Shown here piece by piece: positions 58,110 through 64,000 of a DNA stretch of 64,000 nt; position 1 is the stretch's first letter; each line of letters begins with the position of its first letter. The position numbers were made by a program, and so were the translations under genes. The notes under the pieces are model-generated. The model did no database searches and was not told the origin of the DNA. It saw nothing but the letters and a program-made list of their open reading frames with translations. Origin of the DNA: Ancylonema sp. (lineage: Eukaryota); NCBI GenBank assembly GCA_050230475.1, contig JBFLGF010000113.1, forward strand, positions 1 to 64,000. Direction: 5' to 3'.

Positions 58110-61100
58110 TCGAGAAGGGCATAATTGCGGATACCGTAAGTTCATTTACGTCAAGTGCCAATTCCACGCAAAGATGACTTAGGATTAACGTCTAATTTTA
58201 TTCGTTTGACATGATGAACGATAGAGATTGGGAGTACGAGACTTTGCATCGCAATAAAAAATATAAGAAGCTTTACACCACTCAGGGAAGAAGATGACTT
58301 ACAATGGGACATGTATATAGGCATGCCTTCCCACCATGCCTTTCCCCGAGCCGGAAAATTTGCTCGTCGGCTGGGAGCCGGGCTCGCAAAATCCGCGAGC
58401 GAAGCGAAACCCACAGGAAAAAAAATAAAAAATAATAAAAAAATAGCCTTGTCCCCCGCTCAGTGGTTGACTATTATCTTTGCGTAGTGATATAACATTA
58501 CCAATGTTACATTACATTTTGTATTCCGTCATTTTACCGTCCCTGTTCGCAATTCCCCCTTGTCGTTTAAAAGTTGCAGTTTGTCGTTTGTGTCGAAGAA
58601 TCTATCAGTTTTTTAAGAAATGCCGCATCTGATGGGTGAATATTGGTCAGTGCCCCGTCCCTCCCCTAGATGTCGTCCGATTCCCGTAATGTCAAAAGAT
58701 CTTTAAGATTCGTTACAAAATCTTTCAGCTGCAAAAAAAAACCGGATCCGACGGACACAGTATCCATCATAATATAGTTACTATGTTCCGGAAGTACTGC
58801 CCGAAGTACTAGTAACTAGTTACTACTTGCTTCGTAGAGGAGGATTTGTACTTCGTCGCATTTCCATGTTTCGTTTTTGCGAGGCGGCTCTCGCGCGCGC
58901 CGGCTTGGAGCCGGGCTCGCAAATTCCGCTAGCAGAGCGGGACCCACTATGTTTTCCACCACTTATTTGGATCCACCACCCAACCTGGTCCCACAATTCA
59001 AAATCTCGACGACCATTCATTGTACTTGTTTGTATGCTTGCATTTGAATAGATTGCATTAGACACAAAGAAAACAGGAAATAACAACAAATAACTTACCG
59101 CAAAGAAACATCTATCGAAGCCGACAAAGTTGTAACGATGTTGGTTGCAAACCTATGGTTATGTTGGTAGAAAATCCTTTTATTGTATCATCGGTTGGCC
59201 TTGGGTCAGTATTATTGGTCACGTAGATTCCAACGCTCATGTTCTTGCCATATAGTTACATGAAAAAATAGGATGCATTACCACCTATGCATATGCACTC
59301 CTCGGATTCCTAAAACTCCTCCGGTTCAAGTTCAACTCTTTGAATGTATTCAGAACCACTGAATGATGTCTTATTGTCCACACAACATACCGTAGTGGCC
59401 ATACATAATGACCCGGGTTATAAAAATTTTAAAAAAAAAATGTGGTGACCCACCACCATGACCCGGGCAAAATATATTTATTACTCCGTGACCCAAAATT
59501 ATGAACCGGATAAAAATATTTATTATATCGTGATCTGGCAAGCAAAATGACCCACCCCAAAACAACGCGTTAACTTTACCACACCACTACCGTACTAATC
59601 ATGGTACTGTAAACCCTGTGTGCGGGGTAACTTTCGGCCGTCATTTTTATTCTATTTTTTTCCGGATTTTTCTTTTCACTTCACCGTTCACTTTATACCA
59701 TATCATCCGTTCACTTTCCTTCTCCTCAAATTTATTCGTCGTTCATTAGTTCACTTTACACTAAGAAATCCGATCACTTTTCTTCATCTCAAATTGATTA
59801 GCGGTTCATCCAATCACCATACACGATAAAATTCATTCACTTTCCTTCATCTCAAAATCATTCGCCGTTCATCCGTTCACTTTACAATAAAAAAAAACCG
59901 TTCACTTTCCTTTTTCTCAAAATCTTACGCCGTTCATCCGTTCACTTTCGTTCAAAATACTTATCTCGGTGCGGTGCGATCTGGGCCTTAGATTGCGGCC
60001 CTCCAGACTGCAGCAGACTTTCAAACCTGAACACAGATGGATGAAATGGAAGAGTAGATAGTGATAGAGTATGAGTAGTGCGTAGGTAGTATTGAGTGTG
60101 TGGAAATATCCACATGCTTTTCGGTCGGTTTTTGGATTTTCTATACTTTTCGGGATTTGGGATTCGTGGTTTAAAAAATCCTGAAACTATGTTGTTTATC
60201 ATGTTGGCTTGTGCATTTTGCAAAATTATAAGAAAATTGTACACCTTAACTATTCCCCGACATGTCCATCCCCCCCCCTAAATTTGCGTTAAGGAAACCA
60301 ATGACGATCGATTAGGCCGCTACCGGACCACGATTGAATCTTGGGCGACCGGGATCCAACCACATATATATATTTTGAGCAAAAAAATCGAGCTGCATAC
60401 ATTATCTGAATCGTAATAAAACCAATTTTATGATGTTGACCCACTACGCCGGATTTCGGGATTTATGGCGTGACCCAACCCCAAAAAATGAATGAATAAT
60501 TCGACCCGACCCTCCTCCCTTTCAATAATCATTTGCGGATCATTTTGTATGACCAGTACGGTATTAGGAGACCCAATGCCAAGTATTTATCATGATGTCA
60601 AATATCCACAAATATATTCCATGCAGCTAAAAGATGGTGTCGTTTGGAGAACGCGAAGGACATCATGACGAATCGAACTATTCAACTTGGACCATATACA
60701 AATACCTCCACCCTCCAAATAGGAAGGCTCGGAATCTTTTACTACACAACAGATTTGACCCGTGTAAGGGGGTTTTTTGGGGTGTCCCCCGAACACGATC
60801 GATATATATGTATATATACCGTAGTGGCCATACATAGTGACCCGGGGCAAAAAAAACAAAAAAAAACGTGGTGACCCACCAACTTGACCCGGGCGAAGTA
60901 TATGAATCATCCCGTGACCCAAAATTATGACCCGGATAAATCATATATCTTATACCGTGACCCAGCTAGCAAAATGACCGACCCCAAAACACCGCGTATT
61001 TTTTACGGCACCAATTGCATACTAATTATGGGACTGTAAACGCTTACACCCTCGGGTAAAAAAAGCGGAGGAGTTGTCGGCTCTAGATGGCGGCCCAGCA

Positions 61101-61206
61101 AAATGTCACACCTAAGCAGTGAAGAGTAGGTAGTGATGGAGTATGAGTAAGACGTAGTGAGTAGTGAGTAGTAAGTGAGTGATGGAGATGTTTGCATAGT
61201 TGCACG

Positions 61207-61452
61207 CATAGTTGGGCGCGCACATGTGCGCGGGTTTGGCGCACATGTTCGGAACATGTGCGCATCGCGCTCCTCTTGGCAAAATCAAAATTTGATTTTT
61301 TGACCAATCAAAGAGCCGCCGCTCATAGTAGTAAGTATTTGAAATATTTTTATCTAAAGTATTTTTTCCTAGTTGGGCGCGCACATGTGCGCGGGGTTGA
61401 GCGCACATGGTTCGAACATGTGCGCGATTTCATTTGTGCACGTCCAACTATG
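61207..61452. mobile_element. MITE of the CATAGTTG family (shorter relative at 2226-2309)
   Basis: CATAGTTGG...CCAACTATG termini; 7/8 TSD GTTGCACG/GTTGCGCG; GCGCACATGTGCGC palindromes. Confidence 0.65.
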
Positions 61453-62329
61453 GTTGCGCGCGTGCTTTCGGTTATTCGATTTTTCCATACCTTTTCGGAT
61501 TTTGAAAGGTGTATTGTGTTTTGAATAATCCGGAAAACTCTTTGGTGTTTATTATGTTGGCTTGTGCGCGGTGCAAAAATGTAAGAATAATGTACACCTT
61601 GATAATAAGGTGTATATTCGTGGACAAGGGGGGTCTGCGAACACGTATTGTGCTTCGGGAAGCGCGGGAGCTTCTTCACCCAACAACACGCGTGGTGTTC
61701 CCTCCGTATGCGACCCTGGCCGTGGCTCCCGTCCCCACTTGCAGACGACTCTTCTTGATGCTACCCAGTTTGCGGCGTTTCAAGTACTTCTAGCGGGGAC
61801 CGATCTCGCGACATCTAGGACCCGGCTTCGCCCCGTCAGGGTGTTGAATTCCCGACATGCTCGGGAAACAGGTCGACTAGATTCACGACCAGAACGATAG
61901 AAAGCTCTCAATCATTCCATGCGCGCAAAAAACAATTGCAAGCACAAATTGGTGATACTTTTTATTTTTATTTAGTTCCAGCCGCAAAACGGCTGAGATA
62001 CTCCCTGAGCACTGTCGGCAATAGTGTGCCCAGCCCTGTCTACAATTTGACAAGTTACACGACTTTTACACGTCAGCAGACTTTACAGGACAAGCCCGCT
62101 GTATTCAAATTAATGCCATATATCGACATTGACGAATTCTAGCCCCAAACTTGGTACCGACGGTAATAACATCCAAAATTTATATACCAATTTCCTTAGT
62201 AAGTTATCGATGGTAGGACAAATCATTCATGCACCGATGAAAAACAAAAGACAACCTATCGACAACACAATGTGTTGACATTATTCATTCTAACACAGTG
62301 GACCCAGTGCGGGTCATTGGCTAAAGGCG

Positions 62330-63530
62330 TCTCCTATTATTCCCTCCCTTCGTATCCCCCCTCCCCTCTTTCTTAGTGCACTCCGCTTGCGCCTCGGGTT
62401 TCCCCACCCTTGCCTTGCTACCTATGATACATGCGCGTGCGACAACTGTATGGACGCCCTGGGTAGCCATCTTATGGGGTGCACTCGTGGGGGGGAGCGC
62501 ACTGCATCTCATGACGCGGTGCGTGATTCCGTGTTTCACATCGTCCCCGAGTCGAGTCAGTATGCCCAACGGGAGCGTACCGAATGTCTTCCGTCCTATG
62601 CTCCCATTGGTCGTGGGGGGTGGGATGATATTGTTATTTCGGATTTGGTGGAGGGCCATATTTTGGTCGATGTGGTCGTCGCTGACTCCACGCGGCTAGT
62701 CGAGGGTTGGTGGCCGCAGAGGATGCGGAGCGGCGCAAGGAAGCACACTATTGTGATCGCGCGGCGGGGACCAAGATTATTCCGTTTCCGTTGGAGACGT
62801 TCGGTGTTACGACCGTGGCCGGGCCGTGCTTTAGACCACTTCGCAACCGGGTCATAAAAGGCACAATGTCCAAGATGGGACTTGGACAACACTGATATAA
62901 AATATACGAAGATGCCGTTCCCTATCACTTTCTCCCCCTCAAGGGTTCGCATCCCAAGAACCCCCAGCACCCCCAAGAATGACCGACGGAAGCCGCGCAC
63001 ACGGGCACCCCCCCCCGAGGGTGCGCCCCGCATGTGAATACGGGCCGAACAATACATAAATTGTAAACCCCCACGGCAAGCCGTGTGAGCGGGAAACTAG
63101 AAGAATGGGATCCGAACCAGCGCCCACCCGCATCTTGGACATCATGTTACGACCGTGGCCGGACCGTGCTTTAGACCGCTTCGCAACCGGGCTATAAAAG
63201 GCGCAATGACCAAGATGGGACTTAGATAGCACGGATACAGTTTGTACCAAGATGCTGCTCCCAAACATATGGTGCACTTTCCGATGCGAGCAATCGGTTG
63301 CTAGTGGATTGTGCTTCCCGTGCGGCGCATTTGAATGGGCGGTCGGGGCAAAATACCGGTTTGCTAGTTACATGGTTTCGGCACAGAGTTTCGGTCGCGT
63401 TACAACGTTCTCTAGCACATGCAATCCATGCTAGGACACTGCGGTTGGAGCATGGGCATGGCTTTGTTACCTTCCCCCCGCGGGTGTCGTTGTCGTCTGT
63501 AGAGTTACGAATTGTTGCTCGGGTATTTTA
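62330..63530 (+). mobile_element. 3' fragment of a non-LTR retrotransposon with a restriction-like endonuclease (CRE/R2-type C-terminus), interrupted by an insertion
   Basis: RLGFPHP..C.C....D..G.HLMGC..GGERTASHDAVRD, DIVI..VDVVV and PFPLETFG; homology resumes after ~63270 (WFRHRVSVALQRSLAHAI). Confidence 0.7.
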
Positions 63531-64000
63531 GGGTGGGATATACCTCCCTTTTTCTGCTCCTTTAGGGTGGTGAATTATTGACGGTCTTGTACTCAGATGG
63601 GGTTCCCATCGTGCTTAACAAATTTCATTTATCTCATAAGGTACATTTACGTGATTGTGATTCAATAAGCCTATGGACTTGCTTTGTAAAAATTGTATAC
63701 GCCTCACTTTGAGCCACAAAATTCTGCTTCGAAATCTATTTAGCCAACTCATCACATACGTGAACCGCACTCGCACCACTAAATCAAATGTGAAACGTGT
63801 GAAGGAAATTGAATCAAGTGTGAATAATAAAGAGGACAATTACCCATTTCTTTGTGTAGAATATGAAAGTGAGGGGTGAGAAGTGTTTTGAAGTTGGATT
63901 GAAGAGTGAATGTAAGGTTGTGGGCGAAAAAATAAATCCAAGATATAAACTGTTGGATATGGGTGTTTTGATTTTTACGATTAATTTCATGTTTTTTTTT

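Overview
Eukaryotic, intron-rich nuclear DNA of plant/green-algal type. GT-AG gene models and gene content suggest a streptophyte alga or early land plant; the species cannot be determined from the sequence. Host genes: an ankyrin/NFKBIL1-like gene (-), an expansin with an extensin-like basic tail (+), an 11-exon chloroplast SRP receptor cpFtsY (-) with an inverted partial pseudo-copy, an intronless AP2/ERF gene (-), and a head-to-head pair of thiamine biosynthesis genes, THI1/THI4 (-) and THIC (+), whose start codons are 675 bp apart. The main finding is that both thiamine genes carry tandem arrays of TPP riboswitch aptamers in their 3' UTRs. THI1 has three full aptamers interleaved with orphan P3-like hairpins; THIC has two full aptamers plus a 5' half-aptamer. 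The two arrays share near-identical sequence even in the normally variable P3 stem. The rest is transposon-rich: a decayed Ty3/gypsy element, a gag-protease-only copia element with a half-tRNA PBS plus a solo LTR, a hAT element with 8-bp TSD and related MITEs, pogo-like MITEs, an RLE-type LINE fragment and microsatellites. All gene models were assembled by eye from splice sites and reading frame.
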